Origin: Pedobacter sp.
GTDB taxonomy: Bacteria > Desulfobacterota > Desulfuromonadia > Desulfuromonadales > Syntrophotaleaceae
DNA length: 64,000 bases
Reading direction: 5' to 3'
Assembly (NCBI GenBank): GCA_050253415.1
Contig: JBFWJC010000004.1
Span: 224,001 to 288,000 of the forward strand
Part shown: in pieces, positions 1-10,825 of the stretch
How the letters are laid out: each line of letters opens with the position of its first letter
Position numbering within the stretch: position 1 is the first letter of the stretch
Notes under the pieces: model-generated
Database searches by the model: none
What the model saw: only the letters and a program-made list of their open reading frames with translations
Told to the model about the DNA's origin: nothing
Program-made: the position numbers and the translations under genes

Positions 1-322
1 GATGGCAGGGGTCCATATAGAGAACTTCGGCAATGCTCGTCCGATTCACCACTTCCATCAGTTCCTGCGGCGAAGCGTACTTGAGCATGCGAGCCACGGC
101 CGAATTCACACTAATAAATTTGCCATCCAGCGTGGAGCGGAATATGCCGACGGGGGCATTTTCGTAAATGCTTTTATAGCGCTGTTCAGATTGTCGCAAC
201 GCCTCCTCTGCCCTCCAGTCACTTTCACTCATTGCCGTGGCGTTATAGCCATGGTCCCGTAGAAGCTGTCGCAATGCTTGCTGATCGTGCCCTGAGCCTT
301 CCAGCACCATAACAGTTTTCAT
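1..322 (-). CDS. PAS-domain sensor protein, N-terminal part (runs off the window)
   Basis: Manual translation from ATG at 322 (RBS AGAAAGGA): MKTVMVLEGSGHDQQALRQLL...AEEALRQSEQRYKSIYENAPVGIFRSTLDGKFISVN, a typical PAS linker and start; not in the ORF track. Confidence 0.8.
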   Translation of the reverse strand, partial: MKTVMVLEGSGHDQQALRQLLRDHGYNATAMSESDWRAEEALRQSEQRYKSIYENAPVGIFRSTLDGKFISVNSAVARMLKYASPQELMEVVNRTSIAEVLYMDPCH

Positions 323-649
323 GACGTCCTTTCTTCTTTGGCCCCGCGCATCCTCAATAAAAGACATGACATTATCCGTCCATCTTAACTGGGCAATCGG
401 AAAGCGTAACCGGACAAAGGATGACCTTCCGAAGTCGCGCGATTTCCCTGACTTTTCGAACAGACTTATCCTTTTCGACGGTAAAATCTTAGATGGAATT
501 TAATCTCGCCGAGATTTTTTACCAGTCACTCAATGATACACTTACAAACGGAATCCACCCCAAACAGTCAGCTAGCAGGGACAGATGGGTTTATTCTATC
601 ATTAAGTTGTACCTCTTCGGCGGCCAGCTCAGAACAAAAGGAGTCAACC

Positions 650-988
650 ATGAAAAAATTAGTGGAGCAGAAATGCGAAGCCTGCCATACCAGCTCGACG
701 CCTGCGACAGATGAAGAAATCGAAAACTTTCGGCCAGAGATCGCCGAATGGGACATACTTACCGTCAATGGCATTGCACGATTGAGCCGAACCTACCGCC
801 TGCGCGACTTTGCCGAGGCACTGGAATTTACCAACCGGGTCGGTGCGCTGGCCGAAACCGAATGTCATCACCCGGCGATTATCACCGAATGGGGCAAGGT
901 GACGGTGCAGTGGTGGACCCGCAAGATCAAGGGCCTGCACCGCAACGACCTGATTATGGCGGCCAAGACAGATGCCCTGTTGGAATGA
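650..988 (+). CDS. phhB: Pterin-4-alpha-carbinolamine dehydratase
   Basis: KCEAC...HHPAIITEWGKVTVQWWT..GLHRNDLIMAAK motifs; AAGGAG RBS before ATG 650. Confidence 0.9.
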   Translation: MKKLVEQKCEACHTSSTPATDEEIENFRPEIAEWDILTVNGIARLSRTYRLRDFAEALEFTNRVGALAETECHHPAIITEWGKVTVQWWTRKIKGLHRNDLIMAAKTDALLE

Positions 989-1134
989 TCTGTGTCAGCC
1001 CCGGTGTTGAACTCTGATCCTGCCATGCGCTGTCGGACCTGGGTCGAATCACAGAGCCGCACCAGGAATGCTCATGGCCCTTAAAATTATAGAATCGTCC
1101 GCTATCCTCCTGACGCGACCGGATACCCGGAACC

Positions 1135-2979
1135 ATGACGGATAAAAAATTTCAAAAAATACGCGTGTGGCTAACCCGTTGGTGGCATTCGCCACATATC
1201 CTCAAAATTTTCCCTCTGCGCCTTCGACTGGCGAACGCCTATCGAGCCATGGAACGCTATCAGGTGCTGTTTTGGGCCGGACTGGTCGGCGTACTGGGCG
1301 GCCTGTCATCGGTGCTGTTTCGCGAAGCTCTTGATTTCATGGCCGCCGGTCTTACCGGCCGCCCCGGCAGCATCGTGGAGATATTTGCAGCGTTGCCGGC
1401 CTGGCAAAGATTGATCGTTCCTGCTCTGGGAGGCGTGGTCGCCGGAGGGATTCTGTCTTTAGGCGGCAGAATGAAATCGGGTAAAGAAAGCTCCACCGAT
1501 TACATGGAGGCGGTGGTACTCGGCAACGGCAGGCTGCCAGTTCGCCTCAGTATCATCAAAACCCTGTCCGCCATGTTTTCCATCTCTTCAGGGGCTTCCA
1601 TCGGCCGCGAGGGCCCCATGGTGCAATTATCCGCGTTGCTGGCTTCGGTGGTCGGGCAGACCCGAAACTGGTCCATGGCCCAGACCCGCCTGATTCTGGC
1701 CTGCGGCGCCTCGGCCGGAATCGCTTCGGCCTATAACGCGCCTATCGCCGGAGCGTTATTCGTTGCCGAAATTGTGGTCGGCTCCATTGCCATGGAAACC
1801 TTCGGCCCCCTGGTCTTTTCATCGGTACTGGCGACCCAGACGGTCCATTTTCTGACCGGAGGCGCTCCGCTCTATGATATTCCCCCGTTCCGGCTCCAGT
1901 CGGGACTGGAGCTGTTTTACTATCTGGCTCTCGGGCTCATCGCCGGACTGGCCGCACCCTGGTTTCTGCGGGTGCTTCACGGTAGCGAAAAACTTTTCGC
2001 CCGTCCACAGCTGCCGCTTTACCTGCGCCTGGGTTTGGGCGGAATGGTGGTAGGTATCCTGGCGGTCTATTATCCCCAGGTTTGCGGTAACGGTTACAAC
2101 GTGGTCACCGGCATTCTGCAGGAACAATGGCTCTGGTCGAGCCTGGCGATTCTGCTGGTGTTCAAGATCGTATCCACCAGTGCGAGTTTCGGCTCGGGTG
2201 CGGTCGGCGGGGTATTCACTCCGACTCTGTTCGTCGGTGCCAGCCTCGGCTACCTGTTCGGGCATGTCTGTAACGGCCTCGGTCTGGGTACCCTGCCCGC
2301 GCCGGGAGCCTTTGCCCTGACCGGCATGGGCATGATGCTGGCGGCGACCACCCACGCGCCGCTCATGGCGATCATCATGCTTTTCGAGTTGACTCTGGAC
2401 TATCAGTTGATTCTGCCCCTGATGCTGGGTTGCGTGCTGGCTCACTTCACTGCATCCGGCATCGAAGCCCGATCCATCTATAGCTCCTCCATGGAGCGTA
2501 AAGGTGCGGCTCTTTCGGCACGACAGCTTTCCCTGCTGCGGGTAGGCGGACTGATGAAACGCGATCCGCTCAAGATCGACCGGCGCACTTCTTTTGGCGA
2601 AATCGCCAAAATATTTCTGTTAAACACCTACCGCTATCTTTATGTGGTTGATGAAAAGGATTCGTACCTGGGAACAGTCAGCCTGCAAGACGTCAAGGAA
2701 TACCTCGGCACGACAGGACTCTCCAATCTCGTGATTGCCAACGATCTTCTCGAATCGGGGCCACCAGTCATCCTGGCATCCGCGACACTTGAAGAAGCAC
2801 TGGACAAATTCAGGCACTATTCAGGGGAAAGGCTTCCGGTGGTGGATGACGCTCCGGAGCCCCGGTTGGTGGGCAGTCTGGCCAAAACAGATCTGTTGCT
2901 GGCCCTCGCAGAGAGGCTGCCTGCAGGCCATAATCAACTTAAAACAGAATCGAACCATTCCTCGTCAAAAGGACAATAG
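1135..2979 (+). CDS. ClC chloride channel/antiporter (ClcB-like) with C-terminal CBS pair
   Basis: GREGP and GGVFTP ClC motifs, many TM helices, CBS-like tail. Confidence 0.9.
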   Translation: MTDKKFQKIRVWLTRWWHSPHILKIFPLRLRLANAYRAMERYQVLFWAGLVGVLGGLSSVLFREALDFMAAGLTGRPGSIVEIFAALPAWQRLIVPALGGVVAGGILSLGGRMKSGKESSTDYMEAVVLGNGRLPVRLSIIKTLSAMFSISSGASIGREGPMVQLSALLASVVGQTRNWSMAQTRLILACGASAGIASAYNAPIAGALFVAEIVVGSIAMETFGPLVFSSVLATQTVHFLTGGAPLYDIPPFRLQSGLELFYYLALGLIAGLAAPWFLRVLHGSEKLFARPQLPLYLRLGLGGMVVGILAVYYPQVCGNGYNVVTGILQEQWLWSSLAILLVFKIVSTSASFGSGAVGGVFTPTLFVGASLGYLFGHVCNGLGLGTLPAPGAFALTGMGMMLAATTHAPLMAIIMLFELTLDYQLILPLMLGCVLAHFTASGIEARSIYSSSMERKGAALSARQLSLLRVGGLMKRDPLKIDRRTSFGEIAKIFLLNTYRYLYVVDEKDSYLGTVSLQDVKEYLGTTGLSNLVIANDLLESGPPVILASATLEEALDKFRHYSGERLPVVDDAPEPRLVGSLAKTDLLLALAERLPAGHNQLKTESNHSSSKGQ

Positions 2980-3052
2980 AACCAAGCACATCGTCCTGAC
3001 AGGCCCTTCTTTCCGCTCCGTCAAGAACACACGCATGTTCTCGTGCCGGCTC

Positions 3053-3907
3053 TCAACGCAACAGCAGAATGGGAACCTCAGATTTGCGCAGCATCGCGGT
3101 CGTGGTGCTGCCGATGAGCAACCGGCGAATCCGCGAGTGACCATAGGCTCCCATAATCAACAGGTCGATAGCCTTTTCCTTTTGATAACGGCTCAGCACG
3201 CTTTCCGGTTCACCCGGCAGAATCACGGCCGTGGTCTCGAATCCGGATTGCTCCAGAGTCTGGCGTGCCTGATCCAGTTTGGCCCGTGCCTCGTCGGTCT
3301 CTGCCCCCACCATGACCAGGTGGCAAGGCAAACCGGTTAACAGAGGACTGGCCGCAACCAGATCGACCACTTTGCTGGCGGTGGCACTACCATCGAAGGC
3401 AAGCATGACCCGTTGCGGGGTCCGAAAAGCCTCCGTGGTTACCAGAATGGAACATTTCATGGCGCGCACCACCCGCTCAAGGTGGCTACCCAAGTGTTCC
3501 GAAGCGATCAAAGCAGCTTCTCCTCGCTTACCGAGGACCAGCAGGCGAATCCCTTGTTCCAACTCCATCAGGGTCTCCACCAGGCCGCCATGGCGCTGCA
3601 GTCCCTCGGGCTCGGCAACACCGATGCTGCGCGCGCGCTCTGTTGCCTCCGCAATAATCTGCCGACCCCGTTGCTGGGCCAGCTTGCCGCGCTTTTCATC
3701 CAGGGCGGCAAGCTCTTCCAGCAAAGATTCCCTTGATCCCAAGCCGATGTTGCCACTCAGGTCGGTCTGGGGAACCTCCTGCTTTTTATGCAGGACATGA
3801 AGGAATTTCAGCTGCGCATCCAACCGGTGAACCACCCAGGCCGATGCGTCACATACGGCGGGAGAATAAGATGATCCGTCGATGCAGGCGAGTATAAATT
3901 TTTTCAT
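3053..3907 (-). CDS. Universal stress protein (tandem USP domains)
   Basis: ILACIDGS; IMGAYGHSRIRRLLIGSTT; directly downstream of SulP. Confidence 0.9.
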   Translation of the reverse strand: MKKFILACIDGSSYSPAVCDASAWVVHRLDAQLKFLHVLHKKQEVPQTDLSGNIGLGSRESLLEELAALDEKRGKLAQQRGRQIIAEATERARSIGVAEPEGLQRHGGLVETLMELEQGIRLLVLGKRGEAALIASEHLGSHLERVVRAMKCSILVTTEAFRTPQRVMLAFDGSATASKVVDLVAASPLLTGLPCHLVMVGAETDEARAKLDQARQTLEQSGFETTAVILPGEPESVLSRYQKEKAIDLLIMGAYGHSRIRRLLIGSTTTAMLRKSEVPILLLR

Positions 3908-3919
3908 GGCATAGCTCCT

Positions 3920-5407
3920 TTAGTGCCCCATCAGACATTCAACGGCATCGGGCTTGTCATGCACCGCAAAACGATCCACCATGGTTTCGCTGGCCTGGTT
4001 GAGGCCGAGAATCTCAACCTCGGTCCCTTCCCGGCGGAATTTCAGAACAACTTTATCGAGAGCACCTACCGCGGTGATATCCCAGAAATGAGCGCGACTG
4101 ACATCAATCTGCACTTTTGCAACCGCTTCCTTCAGATCAAAGGAATGGATGAAGCGTTCGGCCGAGGTGAAAAAAACCTGTCCGACCACGGTGTAGTAAC
4201 GGGTCAGACCATCCTCCGACAGGGTTGAACCAACATACAGGATTTTGCCGATCTTGTAAGCAAAGAACAGGGAACTGATCAGCACCCCCACCAGCACCCC
4301 CATGGCGAGATTGTGCGTCGCCACCACCACGACCACGGTGGCGAACATCACCAGGCTCGAGCTTTTCGGATTTTTACCCAAGTTGCGGATCGAGTCCCAA
4401 CTGAAGGTACCGATCGATACCATGATCATCACCGCCACCAGCGCCGCCATGGGAATACGCGCCACCCAGTCACCGAAAAACACCACCAGCATCAGCAGCA
4501 GAACCCCGGCGATCAGGGTAGAGAGTCGCCCGCGCCCGCCCGACTTGATATTGATGACCGATTGGCCGATCATGGCGCAACCGCCCATGCCACCCATGAA
4601 ACCTGCGGCGATATTGGCCAGTCCCTGACCGATGCATTCACGATTTTTATCGCTGGAAGAATCGGTCAGATCGTCGATAATCGTCGCGGTCATCATCGAT
4701 TCAAGCAGACCGACCACCGCCAGCGTCACGGCATAGGGGAAAATGATCGCCAAGGTTTGAAACGTCAAGGGAAGGTCAGGCAGCAAAAACACAGGCAGAC
4801 TGTCGGGTAACGCACCCATGTCACCCACGGTGCGGACGTCCACCCCGAAAAACAGGGTGAAGGCGGTTAGCGCCACGATACACACCAGCGGCGAAGGGAT
4901 CACCTTGGTAACATACGGAAACAGGTAAATCAGACCGAGCCCCGCCGCCACCAGGGCATAAACCTGCCAACCGACATGGGTCAGTTCAGGCAGCTGCGCC
5001 AGAAAAATCAGGATGGCCAGGGCATTGACGAAACCGATCACCACCGAGCGCGAAACGAAGCGCATCAGCGATCCCAAACGGAAGGTGCCGGCCAGAATCT
5101 GCAGCACCCCGGTAAGCAAAGTTGCTGCCAGCAGATACTGCAAGCCATGGGTTTTGACCAGGGTGACCATCAGCAGGGCCATGGCTCCTGTGGCAGCCGA
5201 GATCATCCCCGGACGTCCTCCGGCGAAGGCCGTGACCACGGCGATGCAAAACGAAGCATACAGTCCTACCTTGGGATCAACTCCGGCAATGATTGAAAAA
5301 GCGATAGCCTCGGGGATCAAGGCCAGGGCAACAACGGTTCCTGCGAGGGCGTCTCCGCGCAGGTTGGAAAACCAGTCCTGGCGAATAGAACGAAAAGAAT
5401 GCATCAT
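3920..5407 (-). CDS. SulP family anion permease with STAS domain
   Basis: [44 protein letters not shown]-terminal STAS. Confidence 0.92.
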   Translation of the reverse strand: MMHSFRSIRQDWFSNLRGDALAGTVVALALIPEAIAFSIIAGVDPKVGLYASFCIAVVTAFAGGRPGMISAATGAMALLMVTLVKTHGLQYLLAATLLTGVLQILAGTFRLGSLMRFVSRSVVIGFVNALAILIFLAQLPELTHVGWQVYALVAAGLGLIYLFPYVTKVIPSPLVCIVALTAFTLFFGVDVRTVGDMGALPDSLPVFLLPDLPLTFQTLAIIFPYAVTLAVVGLLESMMTATIIDDLTDSSSDKNRECIGQGLANIAAGFMGGMGGCAMIGQSVINIKSGGRGRLSTLIAGVLLLMLVVFFGDWVARIPMAALVAVMIMVSIGTFSWDSIRNLGKNPKSSSLVMFATVVVVVATHNLAMGVLVGVLISSLFFAYKIGKILYVGSTLSEDGLTRYYTVVGQVFFTSAERFIHSFDLKEAVAKVQIDVSRAHFWDITAVGALDKVVLKFRREGTEVEILGLNQASETMVDRFAVHDKPDAVECLMGH

Positions 5408-5854
5408 AAAATAAAATCCTTACAAAAATACAGGTCGGCAAACACCACACCAAAACAGGGCATGGCTGTCGGGTTTCGAGGTGAAAAACACCTGAGGGCA
5501 AACAGAACTTCAAGCTAAGCTGAATAATTCAGGATGGCTAAAAACGAAGGGATAATGCAGCAGGCAAATTCAATCCGACCAAAGACCAGGAGCCCTTAGC
5601 GACTGATAAAAAACGGTGAATATTTGCAGGACAGCAGTAGATAGAACCCTATGCTTGACAATATCAGAGTGATTGGCCAACAAACCGACCTTTCGATTGG
5701 CTACATGAAAAAGAACCCCCACCGAAAACCTACATCCGGCAGAAGCTTAGCCGATCACCATAGTTACATTCGACAGAAAAGGCAATTTTAAAATCCAAAC
5801 ACAGCAAAACAGAGCCTGCCTTCATCCACAAGGAAGGCACATCCTTCGCGTATT

Positions 5855-7264
5855 TTAGCGCGGTTTGTCCGTGTATTTATAAGGCGGAACACCCCGGTTT
5901 GCCCTTAAGGGGAAACGTTTCTTGCCAACGGCAGCATCTTGGCCATCGTTGCGTTGCCCGCCGCCACCATTGGGGCCCCGGGTTTGGAACGCGTCCTGCG
6001 TCTGAGTGCTACAGCGCGACGTGTGGGTATCTGCGCCTGGCCCAACAACGCATTTGCCGGCTTCGCCCCGCAGCTTGTTTTTTTTCGGCTTTTTCGGGCG
6101 GACCTTTACCAGGCAGGACAACGGGACTTGATGGGTCGGGACAAACCCTGCCACCACCTCGCGGACCAGCAACTGACCAATCAGGCTCTCAACCCCACTG
6201 AGAAGATTAACCTCGTCGGCACTGACCAAAGAGATCCCCTCCCCTTGCAAACCGGCGCGACCGGTACGGCCGATACGGTGAATATAGTCTCCGGGGACTT
6301 TGGGCAGGTCAAAATTAATCACGTGCGGCAGCCCGCTGATGTCGATACCGCGCGCGACAAGATCTGTAGCGACCAGCACCCGAACCTTGCTGGCCTTAAA
6401 ATCGGCCAGGGCGCGAGTACGCTCCCCCTGGCTTTTATCCCCGTGGATCGCCGCTGCACAGACACCATCGCGCTCCAGACCCTGCACCAGTCGGTCGGCG
6501 CCGTTTTTGGTGCGGGTAAAGACCAGAACTTGATCCCAGCCATTGTTGCGAATCAAATGACTGAGCAACGCTGTTTTTTTACCCTTGTCAACCTCGTAGA
6601 CCCACTGCTTCACATTCCTGGCAGTTGCGTTTGGCGGGTTGACCTCAATGTGCACAGGATGGACAAGTAACGCGTCGGCAAGGGTGCGAATTTCACCGGG
6701 AAAGGTGGCTGAAAAAAGCAGGTTCTGACGCTTTTTCGGCAACAGAGCCAGAATCTTGCGAATATCTGCGAGGAACCCCATATCGAGCATCCGGTCCGCT
6801 TCATCCAACACCAGAATCTCCACCTGCGCAAGCTTTACCGCATTCTTGCTGACAAGATCAAGCAGACGCCCCGGCGTTGCCACCAGCACATCGACCCCGC
6901 CGCGCAGGTTCATCATCTGCGGATTGATCTTCACGCCACCGTAGACCACGCCCGATCGTAGCGAAAGATGCCGGCCATAGGTGGTCACACTCTGCCCCAC
7001 CTGCATCGCCAGCTCACGGGTCGGCGTCAAAACCAGGCCGCGGACATGGTTCGGCCTCACCCGGGCGCCACCGGCCAGACGCTGCAACAACGGCAGAGTA
7101 AACCCGGCAGTTTTGCCGGTGCCGGTCTGCGCGACGGCCATGATATCCTTGCCGGACAGCACGGCGGGGATCGCCGCGATCTGAATCGGGGTGGGCCTGG
7201 TATAGCCACAAGCGTCGACAGCACGCAAAAGAAGCTCGGAGAGTCCGAGAGAAGAAAAGGACAT
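5855..7264 (-). CDS. rhlE: DEAD-box RNA helicase, RhlE-like
   Basis: [29 protein letters not shown]; start set at MSFSSLGL. Confidence 0.88.
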   Translation of the reverse strand: MSFSSLGLSELLLRAVDACGYTRPTPIQIAAIPAVLSGKDIMAVAQTGTGKTAGFTLPLLQRLAGGARVRPNHVRGLVLTPTRELAMQVGQSVTTYGRHLSLRSGVVYGGVKINPQMMNLRGGVDVLVATPGRLLDLVSKNAVKLAQVEILVLDEADRMLDMGFLADIRKILALLPKKRQNLLFSATFPGEIRTLADALLVHPVHIEVNPPNATARNVKQWVYEVDKGKKTALLSHLIRNNGWDQVLVFTRTKNGADRLVQGLERDGVCAAAIHGDKSQGERTRALADFKASKVRVLVATDLVARGIDISGLPHVINFDLPKVPGDYIHRIGRTGRAGLQGEGISLVSADEVNLLSGVESLIGQLLVREVVAGFVPTHQVPLSCLVKVRPKKPKKNKLRGEAGKCVVGPGADTHTSRCSTQTQDAFQTRGPNGGGGQRNDGQDAAVGKKRFPLRANRGVPPYKYTDKPR

Positions 7265-7361
7265 AGGATCGTTTCTGATAATGAGGAAGGATAAGCCCGG
7301 TCTCAAACGATGGCATGGCCTGACCGTACTCAGGTAAAAAAGAGATATTTCCGAACAGAAA

Positions 7362-7742
7362 CTACTCGGGTTGTTTTAACCGTGCCAGTGCTGCAAAAGG
7401 GGAGTGGCCCAGCGAAGGTCGATTTACGCCACTGGAAGCAGCTTCCTGGCTACGCGCCTCCTGCACATCGCGGGTATGCTCATGGTCATGGCAGTAGATA
7501 CAGAGCAACTCCCAGTTACTGCCGTCGGGCGGATTGTTGTCGTGGTTGTGGTCTTTGTGATGCACCGTAAGCTCGCGAAGCTTTTTACCTTCAAATTCGC
7601 GGGCGCAGCGACCGCACACCGGCGGGAAAAGTTTCATCGCCTGTTCCCGGTATCCCGCCTGATGTTCCTGCTGTTCACGGCGCATTTCGGCGACCAGACG
7701 ATCCTGGTTTTTGGCATTCGTGTTATTTGTTGAGTCAGACAT
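7362..7742 (-). CDS. YajD-family HNH nuclease
   Basis: [19 protein letters not shown]...[32 protein letters not shown]. Confidence 0.88.
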   Translation of the reverse strand: MSDSTNNTNAKNQDRLVAEMRREQQEHQAGYREQAMKLFPPVCGRCAREFEGKKLRELTVHHKDHNHDNNPPDGSNWELLCIYCHDHEHTRDVQEARSQEAASSGVNRPSLGHSPFAALARLKQPE

Positions 7743-7928
7743 AAGTCCTCTCATAACGGGTTAATTCATTCTGGTGGCTGATCATAAGCAGGATGGGATG
7801 ATTATACTGCATGCCAAAGCAAGACGCCAGCCGGCAATCTTTCCGACCGGACCCATGGTTGCTGACAAAAATATCGGCTATTGTCCATGGACGCCACTGC
7901 CTATAACCACCGACAAACAGCCCATGGC

Positions 7929-8345
7929 CTAGTCGTGCTTTGGCTCCACGGCCTGATTGCCTGCAAATAAGGCTTTAACCGATTCTCGTGACAGGACTAC
8001 CAGGGTGAAAACGCCAAGCACGGTACCGAATGGCATAACAATGCACTCGATGCCGGCCACCACAAGACACAGGGTGTAGGAGGTGCGTTTTTTAAGTTTA
8101 CGGCCGGCAGCTACTATAAAACCGGAAAGAGTCCATCCGGCCAGCGCCAGAATCGACGGAATGATGATGAACAACCATCCAAAAAACTCCGGTGGCGCAT
8201 CGTCACCATCAAACGCACCACAGAGCATGGCGATCCCCATGGCAATATGCAGCAAAAACATACAGGAAAACAGCGCCGTAAGACCTCCGACCACATAGTG
8301 AAAAACGGCAAGTAAATCGAGATGCTGTTCATCCTGGGTCATCAT
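7929..8345 (-). CDS. Conserved membrane protein
   Basis: 3-4 hydrophobic segments; PFGTVLGVFTLVVL motif. Confidence 0.7.
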   Translation of the reverse strand: MMTQDEQHLDLLAVFHYVVGGLTALFSCMFLLHIAMGIAMLCGAFDGDDAPPEFFGWLFIIIPSILALAGWTLSGFIVAAGRKLKKRTSYTLCLVVAGIECIVMPFGTVLGVFTLVVLSRESVKALFAGNQAVEPKHD

Positions 8346-8490
8346 TCTACCCTTTCGATCGATGTTGACCTTTGCCGGCACCGGGCAAAGTTACGAGGTC
8401 AAATGCCTGGTGCATGCCTTTTGGACGCATGAAGAGCACCGTGGAGCATGCATGGTTCAGTGTTCACCCCGGTCTCTATGGCCGACACAG

Positions 8491-8877
8491 TTAGCCTCCG
8501 CGCTTTTCCAGGTTGATCAAAAGTTGCTTGAGCTTTTTGCGATCTGCTTCCAGCGAATGTATTTTTTGTTGCAGAACTTTATTCTCTTGCCGGTAAAAGG
8601 CTTTGTCGCGCTCCAGCCGGCCAAGGCTCTTTTGTTTCCCCTCGATCGTCTCAAGCAGTTGGCTGATTTTCTGGGCCTTTTTAGCCCAGGGGCTTTGAGG
8701 ATAATCTTTCTGCAAGGTAACAAAGGCGGCGGGAAGTTCCTGTTTGGCGTCCAGATCAGACATTCCCTGCACGAAAAGCTGCTGATCCTTGGGGGTCAAA
8801 AATGCGGGCAAGGGGCGGGAAGCGCACCCGCAGAGTAACAACAAAAGACAAAGGCAGGATAGTACGCGCATGCTCAA
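8491..8877 (-). CDS. Lipoprotein with coiled coil
   Basis: LLCGC lipobox; overlaps the stop of the upstream diguanylate cyclase. Confidence 0.75.
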   Translation of the reverse strand: MSMRVLSCLCLLLLLCGCASRPLPAFLTPKDQQLFVQGMSDLDAKQELPAAFVTLQKDYPQSPWAKKAQKISQLLETIEGKQKSLGRLERDKAFYRQENKVLQQKIHSLEADRKKLKQLLINLEKRGG

Positions 8878-10208
8878 CGTTTCTCTCGACGGTCGATCAG
8901 GTAATTACTCCCTGGAAGTTTTTTGAGATATTCCTTCATCTTGGCGCACTCGCGTCCGATGGCTTCGGCGGATGGATTACGCAGATTCTCCGAGCAGACG
9001 ATGGCGATGGACATGGATAACAGAGGGAATTCCCGTTCTTCACCGTAACGATCCTGTCCTTTGAAATAACCGACTTTTCGGTCCTGTTCGGAATAAAAGC
9101 CGGGCACAATGGCATCGAACTGCTTGATCATTTCCGAGGCAAGCGATTCGGCTCGATCAGGGGTGCTCAGTATCACATAATCGTCACCGCCGATATGCCC
9201 GATCATGTCCCATGGGTTGCCGAGATCGGCGGTAACGTTTTGAATCAGGACCCCAACTTGGGAAATAATATCGCTGCCGGACTGGTATCCATAGCGGTCA
9301 TTATAGGCCTTGAAGTAATCAAGGTCTACGTATATGTGAGCAAAGGGCAAGCCGCTGGCAATCCGGGTTTCCAGTTCCCGTTCAATGGAAAGATTGCCGG
9401 GCAGACGGGTAAGCGGGTTGGCATCGAGATTGAGAGCCTGCAACTCCCTTAGCTTCTGCTCCATTTCAGCAAAATCCCGGGCCAGGCGCCCGAACTCATC
9501 CTGCCCCTCCAGACCGATGGGATAATCAAAACTGCCTGCGGCGATCGCTTTGGTTGCCTGGGTCAGCCTGGCGAAAGCCCGATGAATCTTCAACATAATC
9601 CCTGCTGCCACCAGGGCAGCCAGCCCGATCCCTGCAAAGGCCAGAAAAAAGGTCAGGCTGTAAGCCTTTCCGCTGTCCCGGGAAAAGTTGTGCAGCGTTT
9701 CGTCCAGTAGCCGTTCCTGTCCAAGATGAAACTGCTGCAGAGCTTTGAGAAGTTGGTCGTTGAGCGGCGTGATAACCTGTTCTGAACGTTGCTCCGCTTC
9801 GGCCCATTGCTGTTGTTCCAACAAATTTCGCTCTTCGCTCCGAGCCTTGTCCAGATCTGCCAATAAGCGCTGAACCCGATCAAACCGACCCTGCAGAGGG
9901 ATCTGGGATAGCCGGGTACGGATGACAGCGCTTTCCTCCTGACGCTTGTCGAGCAGGGACACCATGGAAGTGTCCCGCAAAATCAGCAACTGCTTTTCCA
10001 GGCGTTCCTGGTCCAGAAGGCTCTGGGAAAGATCGCGGGTCAAAATCAGGGCCGGAAAATCGTGAATGACCAACTGTTCGGAACGGCGGGTAAGACTGCC
10101 CAGAGCCGTAAGTGCATAGATAATCGCCGCCAGACAAAAGACAACTACCAGCAAGTAACCTACTGCAATCTTCTGTGCGACGGTAAAATGAAACGATGAC
10201 ATGATCAC
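8874..10208 (-). CDS. Membrane diguanylate cyclase (periplasmic sensor-HAMP-GGDEF)
   Basis: Two TM helices, HAMP (DEFGRLARDF), DLDYFKAYND..GHIGGDDY. Confidence 0.85.
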   Translation of the reverse strand: MIMSSFHFTVAQKIAVGYLLVVVFCLAAIIYALTALGSLTRRSEQLVIHDFPALILTRDLSQSLLDQERLEKQLLILRDTSMVSLLDKRQEESAVIRTRLSQIPLQGRFDRVQRLLADLDKARSEERNLLEQQQWAEAEQRSEQVITPLNDQLLKALQQFHLGQERLLDETLHNFSRDSGKAYSLTFFLAFAGIGLAALVAAGIMLKIHRAFARLTQATKAIAAGSFDYPIGLEGQDEFGRLARDFAEMEQKLRELQALNLDANPLTRLPGNLSIERELETRIASGLPFAHIYVDLDYFKAYNDRYGYQSGSDIISQVGVLIQNVTADLGNPWDMIGHIGGDDYVILSTPDRAESLASEMIKQFDAIVPGFYSEQDRKVGYFKGQDRYGEEREFPLLSMSIAIVCSENLRNPSAEAIGRECAKMKEYLKKLPGSNYLIDRREKR

Positions 10209-10825
10209 CCTTGTAAAAAATTTTATCGAATAATCATACCCTTAATTCAAGGTTCAGGCCAAGTCATTTAAGAGTAACACGAATCCTCCCCACCAACCGG
10301 CACATATTCCAAAGGATATCCGACCCAGGATAAAAGAAATGAACGTTTGTGGCATCACGGACAGTCAACTGCCCCCCATATAGAGGGGGGGATCGCTGTA
10401 AATAGTGAAAATCGCACCGACACCACCGACCCGAATCAAAACAATTTGCACAATCGGGCCTGGTCTTTGAACCTCCCGCAATAACCATCTGGGCATATCA
10501 CCAAGCCGATAATCGGCATTTCACTGGACTGCCAGGTATACAATCGGGATCAAATCGAGCCGAAGCATCACTGCGACCAAGCACAAAGCCGGTCATGCGA
10601 GGGGGGATACAAATCGGCATGAAGACGGTAACGACACGCTATCCATCGCTTAACTCCTTCGTGACCCGTGCGTCACCGACCTGACCTTTGGAGGGAATCG
10701 GTATCCCAGCAGACCCTGGTCGGCCCGAAAAGCAATCCGATGTGCACCACCGAACAGTTCCGCGTTATGCTGGGCGGGTGAAAAGCGTAAAAAACCGTGT
10801 CGGTCAATGGCGCCAGAATTTCAAA

